Source of the DNA: Clostridia bacterium
GTDB lineage: Bacteria > Bacillota > Clostridia > TANB77 > UBA1234
Assembly: GCA_017521465.1 (NCBI GenBank)
Contig: JAFXCN010000022.1
Coordinates: forward strand, 1,640 to 65,639
DNA: 64,000 bases
Direction of reading: 5' to 3'
Shown: positions 1 to 9,956 of the stretch, one piece after another
Position numbering within the stretch: position 1 is the first letter of the stretch
Layout: the number at the start of each line of letters is the position of its first letter
The notes under the pieces: model-generated
Seen by the model: only the letters and a program-made list of their open reading frames with translations
The model's database searches: none
What the model was told of the DNA's origin: nothing
Translations under genes and position numbers: made by a program

Positions 1-2345
1 GCATCTTTTAACTTGTAATGGAATTCTATTACTTTGTCTTCTGTCATCGCTATTTTTGTTGGCATATTAGATAAATTATAATCCTTTTTATCCACTTTTA
101 TACCACTTAATTCAAGACCCGCACTAAAGCCTTTATAACCTGTAATTTCATTATATGCTGTTTCCGGATCATCATAAATTGCATATCTATCTTTTAATGT
201 TTCATTTGTTGGCCATTGCGTATTTCGTTTTATTTTTCTTTCTTCTTTAGATGAATTATTTGGAATCTCTAGCATTACCTTTCCAGTTTCATCATTTATA
301 TATTTTACCGTTAATTTAAATGTTTTTCTATAATAGTGAGTAATTGTTACGTTGCTATTTACACTAATATTTGTATATACCTCTGGATTTGTATACTCAT
401 ATTCATATCCTGAAAATGTTTCTTTCTTTCCGTTATATTGCTGCCCCTTCTCAAGCTTATATTCACTTGTTTTCAATACTTCACCAGTATCAATATCTTT
501 ATGTTCTTCTATAACTTTTACCATTGGAATCTTTTTAAACCAATGTATTATTGTTGTATTTCCAGTTATATTAACAGGATTTTTACTTGGTTCAGTACTG
601 CTATATCTATACTCTTTTTGCAAAGCTTCCTTTTCTCTTGTATCTGGTGTATATGTTGTTTCTTTTTTTACATACTCATTTTTTGAAGGAAATACTTCTT
701 TCTGTGTTTCACCATCTAGCCATTTTTCTGTTACTAAAGGCATTTTCGTATATTTGTGAATTACTTCATCATTCTTCACAACTTGAAAAGACGCTGTAGA
801 AGGTGTTGTACTATCATGCTCATAATTTAATGATTCAAAAATTCTAACATCTGGCGTAAACCAGCCATTTTCTTTCACACTATGCTCCACTGGTGCATTT
901 CCTGGTATGTTTTGGCCAGTAGCCTTATCTATCCATTTTTCTGTGATTTTATATTTAGGAAGTTCTCTTTCTAACCATGGTGTTGGAACTGGAACTGAAC
1001 CTTCGTCATACTCAAACACACATTTATCATCTGTTGGGTCATCATCGTTTGTATTCAACCAGCCTTCGTATCTATCGTTTATAAGTTTTATTTTTATTTT
1101 TAATGTAGCTGTTGTTCCATATGGAAGGTTTGAGCCTAAATTCCATGTTACTTTACCTGTGTTTGGGTCTATTGTGGCATTTCCAATACTTGGGGTACAT
1201 ACTGCAGATGCTGTAGCTCCATTAAATGTAAAATATTCTGTTTCGATATAGTCTGTAACGATCATTTTTGAAGAGTGAGTTTCTGGTTGTTGAATTTCTT
1301 TTGCAATATCATCATGAACTTGCTTTATAGCTTCACTTATTTTAATTTTTGAATCTCCAACATAATACAAGTGTGAACTGTTATTTGCATTTCCCGTTGT
1401 TATTTCTGCCCATAATTTTTTATCCGCTGGATATTCATTATCTCTATCAATCATTATAGAATATATTTCTGCACCCGTGGCTCTTATTGCTTTCGCTATT
1501 TCTCTATGATGTAAATTTGCTGCATAATCACTAGGTCTACTATTTTTTCCTTGTGCTTCCCTACTATTGCTACTAGACTCTCCTGCATCTCTAGCCTGTT
1601 GTTTTGTATCATAAACTGGCCATGGTTGCCCTTCAGTAATAAATATTACATATGCTTGCCTATTAGCTTCATTTCCTGTTCTACTATCTATTAGATATCT
1701 AACATATGATAATCCCAAATCTATGTTAGTGTTTTCTCCTCTTCCATGAGCCATAAATCCCGTTATAACCTTTTCAACCTCGTTCGTTGTAGTATAGAAT
1801 TTTATGTCATTAATTGCCCCAGCTTTCTTTACGCCATTTGCATAAAATCTTTTTGCGGTCTCCGCATCCGGAACTTGATACAACCCAGATAAATCTTTTC
1901 CATTATCATTTTTATATCTTATTATTTTTTTTACCCCATTGGTATATACAAATGTGTTAGAAGAAAATGTAGCAAATGCAACTCTGTTTCCTGACGCGAT
2001 ATACTCTCCAGCAATAAATTTTCCTAATTTTTCCTCTATCACTTTTTTCATTTCATTCCATTTAAGGTTTACTCTATCTCCCATTGAATAGGACTTATCT
2101 AATACATAAATAAAATCTGCATTTTCCGCTTTTGCAATCTCTGGTTTTTTAGTTTCTACATTAATTGTTATTTCTGCCTCTGTCTTATTATTGTTTGTCC
2201 ATCTTGCTGATTTTGTTATCGTTGCATAGGGATCACTTGCTGTTTGTGTGCTTTTGTAGTTTGCCGCGTTTGCAACATTAACAAATGGTGACATTATTGT
2301 CATAATAGCTAACAATAACGTCAAAATTCTTGCTTTTCTTTTCAT
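1..2345 (-). CDS. VWA-domain cell-surface protein with MucBP-like repeats (start complete, C-terminus runs off window)
   Basis: Absent from the ORF track because there is no stop in the window. Hand translation from ATG 2345 (SD GGGGAGGA upstream) gives signal peptide MKRKARILTLLLAIMTIMSPFVNVANA and MIDAS-like DKSYSMGD. This is followed by repeated beta-rich units (KITEKWIDKATGQ, LVTEKWLDGETQ, VKVIEEHKDIDTGE, KLTVKYINDETGK). The frame stays open to position 1. Confidence 0.7.
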   Translation of the reverse strand, partial: MKRKARILTLLLAIMTIMSPFVNVANAANYKSTQTASDPYATITKSARWTNNNKTEAEITINVETKKPEIAKAENADFIYVLDKSYSMGDRVNLKWNEMKKVIEEKLGKFIAGEYIASGNRVAFATFSSNTFVYTNGVKKIIRYKNDNGKDLSGLYQVPDAETAKRFYANGVKKAGAINDIKFYTTTNEVEKVITGFMAHGRGENTNIDLGLSYVRYLIDSRTGNEANRQAYVIFITEGQPWPVYDTKQQARDAGESSSNSREAQGKNSRPSDYAANLHHREIAKAIRATGAEIYSIMIDRDNEYPADKKLWAEITTGNANNSSHLYYVGDSKIKISEAIKQVHDDIAKEIQQPETHSSKMIVTDYIETEYFTFNGATASAVCTPSIGNATIDPNTGKVTWNLGSNLPYGTTATLKIKIKLINDRYEGWLNTNDDDPTDDKCVFEYDEGSVPVPTPWLERELPKYKITEKWIDKATGQNIPGNAPVEHSVKENGWFTPDVRIFESLNYEHDSTTPSTASFQVVKNDEVIHKYTKMPLVTEKWLDGETQKEVFPSKNEYVKKETTYTPDTREKEALQKEYRYSSTEPSKNPVNITGNTTIIHWFKKIPMVKVIEEHKDIDTGEVLKTSEYKLEKGQQYNGKKETFSGYEYEYTNPEVYTNISVNSNVTITHYYRKTFKLTVKYINDETGKVMLEIPNNSSKEERKIKRNTQWPTNETLKDRYAIYDDPETAYNEITGYKGFSAGLELSGIKVDKKDYNLSNMPTKIAMTEDKVIEFHYKLKD

Positions 2346-2363
2346 TTGTTTCCTCCCCTTTAT

Positions 2364-3461
2364 TTATAATTTTTTTGTTTTTATTTGATTAACTGTTCTT
2401 AAAAACAATTCATGACTTTTTTCGTCTATTTCTTTTAGAGCGTTATCTAAAGAAATATACCCATCAACAACTGCATTAGCAAGTGATATTGTGAAACTTA
2501 CATTACCTTTATCAATTCCCGTTTGAATTGCATCTTCAAGTTCAGATTTTGTGAATTTATCTTTTCGAATCACACCTGCAATTGTACTATCAACAACCAT
2601 TACTTCTGGAACCATTAACAATGCTCCATTAGTACGTTTTAACAATCTTTGAGCAACAACTAGTTTTAGCAATGCCGACATCATAAATTTCACTGCAAGT
2701 TGATCACTTAAATCATAAAAATTAGTAATTCTATCCAATGTTTCAGCACACGATTTAGTGTGTAATGTGCCTATTACTAAATGTCCAGACTCAGCCATTT
2801 CTATAGCCGCATCCATTGTTTCTTTATCTCTTATCTCTCCAATGATAAGAATATCACAATCTTCTCTCAAAGCATTTTTCGTTCCATCACTGAAATCATT
2901 GCAATCTCTACCAGGCCCAACTTCTTTTTGTATTATTAAGGATCGCTTATTCTTATGCACGAATTCAATTGGATTTTCTAACATTAATATTTTTTTATTT
3001 TCTACTGCATTTATTTCATCAACTAATGCGTTAAGCGTTGTCGTCTTTCCTGAATTTGGTTTTCCAGTTACTAATATTAATCCTTGCGTTTGAAAGACCA
3101 TTCTTTTAACTATTTCTGGCAATCCCAGTTGATCAAATCTTGGTAATACATCTTGAATAATTCTTATTGTGAATATTGGAACCTCATTAGAAAGCGAAAC
3201 ATTTACTCTAAATCGTTTTCCGTTCAATTCAAAATTCACATCTAGCAACTTACCCTTGCTAAATGCCTGCCTTTTTTCATCATTGTTGCCAACGAAATAT
3301 TCATATAATGAATACATATCATCTGCTTGCAAAATATCATATTCATTTAAATAAACCAATTCCTTTTTCACTCTTAAAATTGGTCTACATTTGTGTATCA
3401 GGTGAACATCTGACGCACCGCTTGATATACCTCTACTTAAAATCGTTTCTATATCGACCAT
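2364..3461 (-). CDS. pilT: PilT-family type IV pilus retraction ATPase
   Basis: 365 aa; GASDVHL, Walker A GKPNSGKTTT, LENPIEF, REDCDILIIGEIRD, GHLVIGTLHT motifs. Confidence 0.8.
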   Translation of the reverse strand: MVDIETILSRGISSGASDVHLIHKCRPILRVKKELVYLNEYDILQADDMYSLYEYFVGNNDEKRQAFSKGKLLDVNFELNGKRFRVNVSLSNEVPIFTIRIIQDVLPRFDQLGLPEIVKRMVFQTQGLILVTGKPNSGKTTTLNALVDEINAVENKKILMLENPIEFVHKNKRSLIIQKEVGPGRDCNDFSDGTKNALREDCDILIIGEIRDKETMDAAIEMAESGHLVIGTLHTKSCAETLDRITNFYDLSDQLAVKFMMSALLKLVVAQRLLKRTNGALLMVPEVMVVDSTIAGVIRKDKFTKSELEDAIQTGIDKGNVSFTISLANAVVDGYISLDNALKEIDEKSHELFLRTVNQIKTKKL

Positions 3462-3565
3462 TTCTTTTCTCCTGTAAAAATTATAACTTCACAGATAAAT
3501 TTTATCATTAACAAATATGAGATGCAACAAAAATCGTCGAATACGAATGTCTTTTTCAAATTTTA

Positions 3566-3778
3566 GTGCGCATCGAAGTTTCCGAAGGAAACATTTTCGC
3601 AGACGGAAGAAGGCGAATCAAAGTAGTGAAGAGTGAATAATGAATAGTGAAAAGCAAATGGTTTTCTGAATTGAGGTAAAAAGTTAACTGTTAACTATTC
3701 ACTATTAGTTATTAACTGTGGCAAGCTTTCTTGCCACTTTGGGCGACCGTCTGCGAAAACGAACTGCGTTACATGTGC
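3566..3778 (-). repeat. Composite intergenic repeat: family A arms with family B module inserted in the central loop
   Basis: GTGCGCATCGAAGTTTCCGAAGGAAAC...TTTTCGCAGACGG on the left and CCGTCTGCGAAAACGAACTGCGTTAC on the right. These bracket an inverted GTGAATAGTGAA/TTCACTATTCAC module plus a GTGGCAAGC..GCTTGCCAC hairpin. Confidence 0.75.
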
Positions 3779-3857
3779 TTGGAATGAAAATCGACTTTCC
3801 GTTTTCAACATATTGAATTTCGAAGTGCGACAAAATTCATGCGTACTTTATCGAAGC

Positions 3858-3919
3858 ATTTTTACGTCGGACACATTGCGTTTCGCATTCGCTCAACACT
3901 CTGTGGGCCGACGAAAAAT
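3858..3919. repeat. Family C palindromic repeat (CGTCGGACA type)
   Basis: ATTTTTACGTCGGACACA ... TGTGGGCCGACGAAAAAT inverted arms. Confidence 0.5.
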
Positions 3920-3934
3920 TCTTCTCTATTCAAC

Positions 3935-3965
3935 AAAAAAGTAGGGACGCTGTCCCTACTTTTTT
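3935..3965 (-). terminator. Rho-independent terminator after ABC transporter genes
   Basis: GTAGGGAC-GCT-GTCCCTAC stem flanked by A6 and T6, 3 nt from the stop at 3969. Confidence 0.75.
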
Positions 3966-3968
3966 ATA

Positions 3969-5906
3969 TTATTCTAGTTCAAATGCCCCTGTGTATAATT
4001 TGTAATATGTTCCTTTTTGGTCTATTAAGAAGTCGTGTTCTCCTCTTTCAATTATTCTTCCGTTTTCTAATACTAGTATTGCTTTTGAATTTCTTACTGT
4101 TGATAGTCTATGTGCAATTACTAATACTGTTCTTCCGTCCATTAGCTTATCCATTCCATCTTGTACTAATTTTTCTGTTCTTGTGTCTATACTTGATGTT
4201 GCCTCATCTAGTATCATTACTGGTGGATTTGCAATTGCAGCTCTTGCTATTGATATTAATTGTCTTTGACCTTGTGATAATTGTGCTCCATTTTCCGTAA
4301 GCATTGTGTCATATCCTTGCGGAAGCATTTTTATAAATCCATCTGCATTTGCAAGTTTTGCTGCATTATAAACTTCTTCATCTGTCGCATCTGATTTTCC
4401 ATATCTGATATTTTCTTTTATTGTTCCTGTAAATAGATTTGTATCTTGTAATACCATTCCAAGCGAATGTCTTAAGTCATCTTTCTTTATTTGTTTTATA
4501 TCTATTCCATCATATTCAACTTTTCCATCTATAATATCATAGAATCGATTTATTAAGTTTGTTATTGTTGTTTTTCCTGCACCTGTTGCTCCAACAAATG
4601 CAATCTTTTGCCCTGGTTTTGCATATAATGAAACATCATGTAAAACTTGTTTTTCTTCATTATATCCAAAATCAACATCCGTTAATGTGATATATCCTTT
4701 TAATTCAATATATTCAAATTTTCCATCTTCTAAAGGTCTCTTCCAGGCCCACATTCCTGTATGTTTCTCTACTTCTACTAATTCACCTTTATCATTTTTC
4801 TCTGCGTTTACAAGCGTAACATTTCCTTCATCTACTTCTGGTGTTGTATCTATTAATTTAAATATTCTTCCTGCACCAGCAAGCGCCATTATTATTGAAT
4901 TAAATTGGTTCATTACTTGTGATACTGGACGTGAGAAACTCTTTGATAATTGCAAAAACGAAACTAATGTGCCTAAAAGCTCTATTGGATTTGTTGACGC
5001 AAGCGCCCACATACTTCCAACTATCGCAACCGAAACATATTGTAAGTTTCCTAAATTTCCAGCTATAGGCATAAGTGAATTTGCAAACCTATTCGCATTG
5101 TACATGTCTGAATTCAACTTATTATTTAACACATCAAATTCTTCTTTTGTCTTATCTTCATGAGTAAATACTTTTATTACTTTTTGTCCATTTAACATTT
5201 CCTCAACATAGCCATTAACTGTCGCAAGCGATTCTTGTTGACTTACGAAAAACTTTGAGCTTTTCGACGCTATTGTTTTTACAATGAATACTGTAAAAAT
5301 TGAAAATGCTATTACAAATATAGTAAGTGCTATATTCATACTAAACATTGCAACCATTGTTGAAACAATTGTTATTACTGATGAAATTAAATTTGGTAAC
5401 GATTGCGATATCATTTGTCTTAACGTATCTATGTCATTGGTATAGTGACTCATTATTTCACCATGAGTATGCGTATCAAAATATTTGATAGGCAATTTTT
5501 GCATCTTTTCAAACATTTCGTCTCTTATATCTCTTAAAACACCTTGTGAAATCATCGCCATAAATCTTGAATAAATAAATGTTGCAATTGTTCCTGTTAT
5601 AAATATTCCTGCAACCGCCATCATAAATGTTGCAAAATTAGAATAGTCAGGATTTGCTGTTCCAACAAGCGGTGTAATGTATTCATCAATTACAGTTCGA
5701 AGTGACATTATTCCCAGCACACTTGTGATTGATGAAATGATTATACAGATAATTACCGCAATAAATCTTGCTTTATATTTTTTTGTTATATAACTGCATA
5801 ACCTTTTAAAAGTTCCTTTTTCTATTTTTTGTTTTGGACTCATCATAGCGGCTCCGCCTCTACCTCCGCCAAAACCTTTCATTTGTCTTGGTCTTTCTGT
5901 ACTCAT
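3969..5906 (-). CDS. ABC exporter, fused permease/ATPase subunit (heterodimer partner)
   Basis: 645 aa; N-terminal multi-TM domain, Walker A GATGAGKTT, signature LSQGQRQ, Walker B ILDEATS; 4-nt overlap with the upstream partner. Confidence 0.85.
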   Translation of the reverse strand: MSTERPRQMKGFGGGRGGAAMMSPKQKIEKGTFKRLCSYITKKYKARFIAVIICIIISSITSVLGIMSLRTVIDEYITPLVGTANPDYSNFATFMMAVAGIFITGTIATFIYSRFMAMISQGVLRDIRDEMFEKMQKLPIKYFDTHTHGEIMSHYTNDIDTLRQMISQSLPNLISSVITIVSTMVAMFSMNIALTIFVIAFSIFTVFIVKTIASKSSKFFVSQQESLATVNGYVEEMLNGQKVIKVFTHEDKTKEEFDVLNNKLNSDMYNANRFANSLMPIAGNLGNLQYVSVAIVGSMWALASTNPIELLGTLVSFLQLSKSFSRPVSQVMNQFNSIIMALAGAGRIFKLIDTTPEVDEGNVTLVNAEKNDKGELVEVEKHTGMWAWKRPLEDGKFEYIELKGYITLTDVDFGYNEEKQVLHDVSLYAKPGQKIAFVGATGAGKTTITNLINRFYDIIDGKVEYDGIDIKQIKKDDLRHSLGMVLQDTNLFTGTIKENIRYGKSDATDEEVYNAAKLANADGFIKMLPQGYDTMLTENGAQLSQGQRQLISIARAAIANPPVMILDEATSSIDTRTEKLVQDGMDKLMDGRTVLVIAHRLSTVRNSKAILVLENGRIIERGEHDFLIDQKGTYYKLYTGAFELE

Positions 5907-7642
5907 GCTTCATCACTTCCCTTCACTTGAGAGTCATACACTTCTTTATAAATCGCATTAGTTTTTAGAAGTTCTTCATGTGTACCAAATCCATTAATCA
6001 CACCGCCATCTATTACTATAATTTTATCAGCATCTTCTACAGAATTAATTCTTTGAGCAATAATTATTTTTGTAGTGTCTGGAATTTCTTCTCTAAATGC
6101 TTTTCTAATTAATGCATCTGTTCTTGTATCAACAGCACTTGTTGAATCATCTAATATTAAAATCTTAGGTTTCTTTAGAAGTGCTCTTGCTATACAAAGT
6201 CTTTGTTTTTGCCCTCCAGATACGTTAGTACCACCTTGCTCAATATGTGTATTGTATCCATCTGGAAATGCTTTGATAAATTCATCTGCTTGAGCTAACT
6301 TACAAACTCTTTCAACTTCTTCATCTGTCGCACTTTCATTTCCCCAGCGAATATTTTCACTTATACTTCCCGAGAATAATACGTTCTTTTGAAGTACGCA
6401 TGCAACTTGATCTCTAAGAGCTTTTATGTCGTATTCTCTTACATCTATTCCACCAACTTTTAGCGTTCCATCTGTTACATCATAAAGTCTTGGAATTAAA
6501 TTTACTAACGTAGATTTTCCTGTTCCTGTACCTCCAATTACGCCAACTACTTCTCCTGGATTAATTTTTATGTTTATATTTTTCAAACATAATTTTTCCA
6601 TATCTTTCACATAACTGAATGATACATTGTCAAATTCAACAGAACCATCTTTAACTTCCGTTATAGCATTTTCTTTATTTACTATATCAATTTCTTCATC
6701 TAAAACTTCAACAATTCTGTCTCCTGAAGCCTTTGCGTTTGTAAGCATTAATGCTACCATCGAAACCATAAGCAATGATGTTAGAATTTGAATTGAATAT
6801 GTAATAAGTGTCATAAGTTCACCAGTTGTAAGCAATGTCATATTTGAGTCTACTATTATTTTGGCACCTAACCATGATACTAAAACAACACATGTATATA
6901 TTGCTGTATCCATTATAACTGGCATAAAAGTCATGTTCTTTTCAGCTCTAATAAAGTTGTTATAAATAACCCCAGACACACCTTTAAACTTTTCTATTTC
7001 TTCATCCTCTAAAACAAAAGATTTTACAACTCTCATTGAGCTAACGTTTTCTTCAACAACGTTATTTAACTTATCGTATTTTTTAAATGTTGCTTTCATT
7101 ATCGGATGTGTTTTAGATATTATTTTATAAATAGCAAAGCCAAGCACTGGAATTACACATACAAATATCAATGCTAATTTTGCATTTATTTTTAATGCAG
7201 CAATAAGTGAAAACGCAAACATAAGTGGCGCTCTAACTGTTATTCTTATAAGCATTTGAAATGCTTGTTGAACATTTGAAACGTCTGTAGTTAATCTTGT
7301 AATTAAACTTGCTGTTGAAAATTTATCTATATTTGAAAATGAAAAATCTTGAACTTTATAATAAAGTGCCTGTCTTAAATTTTTCGCAAATCCAGCTGAT
7401 GCTTTTGCAGCCGTAAAACCATTAGTCGCTCCAAAGAACAACGAAAACATTGCCAGAATAACTAATTCTAGTCCTAATTTATATATTAAATTCATTTCTC
7501 CAGCATAAACGCCTTTATCTATAAGTTCCGCCATTACTAACGGAATAATAACTTCCATAACAACTTCTAACGAAATCAAAATTGGAGTTAGAATCGTTGG
7601 AACTTTATATTGTCCAATAAATTTGGATAGTTTCTTTATCAT
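5903..7642 (-). CDS. ABC exporter, fused permease/ATPase subunit (heterodimer partner)
   Basis: 579 aa; TM domain, Walker A GGTGTGKST, signature VSGGQKQR, Walker B LILDDSTS. Confidence 0.85.
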   Translation of the reverse strand: MIKKLSKFIGQYKVPTILTPILISLEVVMEVIIPLVMAELIDKGVYAGEMNLIYKLGLELVILAMFSLFFGATNGFTAAKASAGFAKNLRQALYYKVQDFSFSNIDKFSTASLITRLTTDVSNVQQAFQMLIRITVRAPLMFAFSLIAALKINAKLALIFVCVIPVLGFAIYKIISKTHPIMKATFKKYDKLNNVVEENVSSMRVVKSFVLEDEEIEKFKGVSGVIYNNFIRAEKNMTFMPVIMDTAIYTCVVLVSWLGAKIIVDSNMTLLTTGELMTLITYSIQILTSLLMVSMVALMLTNAKASGDRIVEVLDEEIDIVNKENAITEVKDGSVEFDNVSFSYVKDMEKLCLKNINIKINPGEVVGVIGGTGTGKSTLVNLIPRLYDVTDGTLKVGGIDVREYDIKALRDQVACVLQKNVLFSGSISENIRWGNESATDEEVERVCKLAQADEFIKAFPDGYNTHIEQGGTNVSGGQKQRLCIARALLKKPKILILDDSTSAVDTRTDALIRKAFREEIPDTTKIIIAQRINSVEDADKIIVIDGGVINGFGTHEELLKTNAIYKEVYDSQVKGSDEA

Positions 7643-7715
7643 TATATATTCCTCCTCGAAGAAAATATTATATCATAATTCGGTAATATATACAAAACAT
7701 TTTTCATATATATAT

Positions 7716-7919
7716 GTGCGCATCGAAGCTTCCGAAGGAAGCATTTTCGCAGACGGAAGAAAGCGAATCAATATAGTGAAGAGTGAATAACGAATAGTAC
7801 AAAAATTGCTTAAATTGGCGCCCATATTTTTACTTTTCACTATTCACTCTTATCTTTTCACTGTGGTAAGCTTGCTTGCCACTTTTGGCGGCCGTCTGCG
7901 AAAACGAACTGCGTTACAC
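7716..7919 (-). repeat. Composite intergenic repeat: family A arms with family B insert (second long copy)
   Basis: Same architecture and orientation as 3566-3778; the 3' hairpin is the GCTTCC/GGAAGC variant. Confidence 0.75.
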
Positions 7920-8041
7920 CCATTTGCTATGATAATCGAATTTACGGTTTGGCGGACCAGACATTCGTATGTAAAAAGGAAGTGCGACAAAATCGATATA
8001 AAAATCGATTTTGTTTCACCTCCTGTTTTACATACTCTTCT

Positions 8042-8560
8042 CTATTCCATTGTTGCGATATATGGTAGATTTCTCATTGTTCCGTCTGTGTAATCTAATC
8101 CATACCCTACAACAAATTTATCTGGTATTTTAAATGCAACATAGTCGACATCTACATCTACTACTCTTCTTTCTGGCTTGTCTAACATTGTGCATATTTT
8201 TATGCTATTTGGTTTTCTTTCTTGTAACATGTCTTTTAATTTTTTTAACGTTCTGCCACTATCAATAATATCCTCTATTATCAATATGTCTTTTCCTTCT
8301 ACATCACTAATCAAGTCTTTTAAAACTTTAACTTCACCACTACTTTCTGTCGAATTTCCATAACTTGCAGCAGTTATAAAATCAAATGTAACTGGTCTCA
8401 TGATATATTTAGTTAATTCACATGCAAAGAATACTGAGCCTGTTAATACAGCGATAACATGTATAGATTTTCCTTCATATGCTTTTGTAATTTCCATACC
8501 CAAATCCGAACATCTTTTGTCGATTTCTTCTTCTGTAATAAGCATAGTCATGTTTGCCAT
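8042..8560 (-). CDS. hpt: Hypoxanthine phosphoribosyltransferase
   Basis: 172 aa; PRPP loop ILIIEDIIDSGRT, C-terminal VVGYGLDY. Confidence 0.9.
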   Translation of the reverse strand: MANMTMLITEEEIDKRCSDLGMEITKAYEGKSIHVIAVLTGSVFFACELTKYIMRPVTFDFITAASYGNSTESSGEVKVLKDLISDVEGKDILIIEDIIDSGRTLKKLKDMLQERKPNSIKICTMLDKPERRVVDVDVDYVAFKIPDKFVVGYGLDYTDGTMRNLPYIATME

Positions 8561-8626
8561 TATAACATTCCCCCTTTAAAATATAGAAAACATTATAACT
8601 CTATTTAATATGATTGTCTACAAAAA

Positions 8627-9016
8627 CTATCTTTTTTCTATACATTTTTGTAATATTTCATTTAATCTCTCATTTTCTTCAATCAAATACAAATATCCAA
8701 TAAGCGCTTCAAAACCTGTTGCATATTTATAATCTATAATATCTGCATTTTTTGCATGAGAATGTGGATTAGAATTTCTACCTCTTCTAACAATATCTAA
8801 TTCATCTTCTGTTAGATTCTCCTCTAATCCCCTTAATATCTCTGCTTGATTTTTAGCACTAACATATTTAATACTTTTTTTATGCAATAAACCATTCTTA
8901 CAAAGCCCTTGTTTTATAACATATTCTCTTATATATTTTTCATAAACAGCATCACCCATATAAGCCCATACTAATGGCGACATCTGTAAAACATCTTCTT
9001 TTCTCAATATTTCCAC
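8627..9016 (-). CDS. mrnC: Mini-ribonuclease III
   Basis: 129 aa; LVWAYMGDAVYE, VSAKNQAEIL, RRGRN, TGFEALIGYLYL as in Bacillus MrnC/YazC. Confidence 0.8.
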   Translation of the reverse strand: MEILRKEDVLQMSPLVWAYMGDAVYEKYIREYVIKQGLCKNGLLHKKSIKYVSAKNQAEILRGLEENLTEDELDIVRRGRNSNPHSHAKNADIIDYKYATGFEALIGYLYLIEENERLNEILQKCIEKR

Positions 9017-9940
9017 CTATCTTTTTTCTAATGTTATTTTTCCTATTTTACCAGTTCTAAATTCATCTAATACAATGTTTGAAACTTTTGTATAATCAAC
9101 CATATTCCCTCTAACTAGACAACCTCTTTTTCTTCCGATTTCATCCATCAGTTCGAAAATTTGATCAAATTCAAAACTTTCATCAATTTTATATCTTTCA
9201 AAAATTTCTTTTTTGTATCCTGTTTCTACAAGTTCTTTTAGCAAGTCGGCTGTAAGTTCTTCTTTATCAATAACTTCATCTTTTATTGTTCCGATATACG
9301 CTAAATGTCTAGCGTAAACAGCATTATCAAACTTAGGCCATAATACACCTGGAGTATCCAAAAGTTGAATTTTATCACTTAATCTAACCCATTGGTTTTT
9401 CTTTGTAACACCTGGTTTGTTTCCTGTCTCAGTTGTTTGCTTTTTAGCAATTTTATTTATAAGTGTTGATTTTCCAACATTAGGAATACCCACAACCATA
9501 ACTTTTATTGATGCACCAATTCTTCCTTTTTCGATTTGCGCATCAATCTTATCTTTCATAAGTTGTAAAGCTTTATCCACAACTTCCTTCATTCCGCTTC
9601 CAGAATTCCCGTTTGTCAACACTGCAACTTGATTTTTTTGTTTAAAACTTTCAACCCAAGCTTTGTTTTGTCTATCGTCACTTAAATCTGATTTATTTAA
9701 AACGATAACTCTTGGTTTGTCTCCAATAATTTCATTTAAAATCGGATTTCTACTTGCAACTGGAATTCTTGCATCAATTATTTCTATAACTACATCTACT
9801 TGTTTAACCGCTTCCCCAATCTCTCTTCTAGCTTTCGCCATATGACCAGGATACCAGTTGATATTTGTAGATGGTGTATTTTTTTCATCTTCATTCATTT
9901 TCTTGTTTTTTCTCATTTTTCTTTTTTGATACATGTCCAT
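9017..9940 (-). CDS. rbgA: Ribosome biogenesis GTPase A (YlqF/RbgA)
   Basis: NWYPGHMAKA, circularly permuted GTPase motifs NKSDL, GIPNVGKST, DTPG. Start moved to ATG 9940, which sits 9 nt after SD AAAGGAAG. Confidence 0.85.
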   Translation of the reverse strand: MDMYQKRKMRKNKKMNEDEKNTPSTNINWYPGHMAKARREIGEAVKQVDVVIEIIDARIPVASRNPILNEIIGDKPRVIVLNKSDLSDDRQNKAWVESFKQKNQVAVLTNGNSGSGMKEVVDKALQLMKDKIDAQIEKGRIGASIKVMVVGIPNVGKSTLINKIAKKQTTETGNKPGVTKKNQWVRLSDKIQLLDTPGVLWPKFDNAVYARHLAYIGTIKDEVIDKEELTADLLKELVETGYKKEIFERYKIDESFEFDQIFELMDEIGRKRGCLVRGNMVDYTKVSNIVLDEFRTGKIGKITLEKR

Positions 9941-9956
9941 TATTATCACTTCCTTT

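Noticed and set aside
352-1251. Plus-strand ORFs 352-759, 438-686, 587-799 and 907-1251
   Set aside because: They are antisense to the continuous minus-strand VWA/MucBP adhesin frame. Their low-complexity hydrophobic translations are typical of shadow ORFs in AT-rich DNA.
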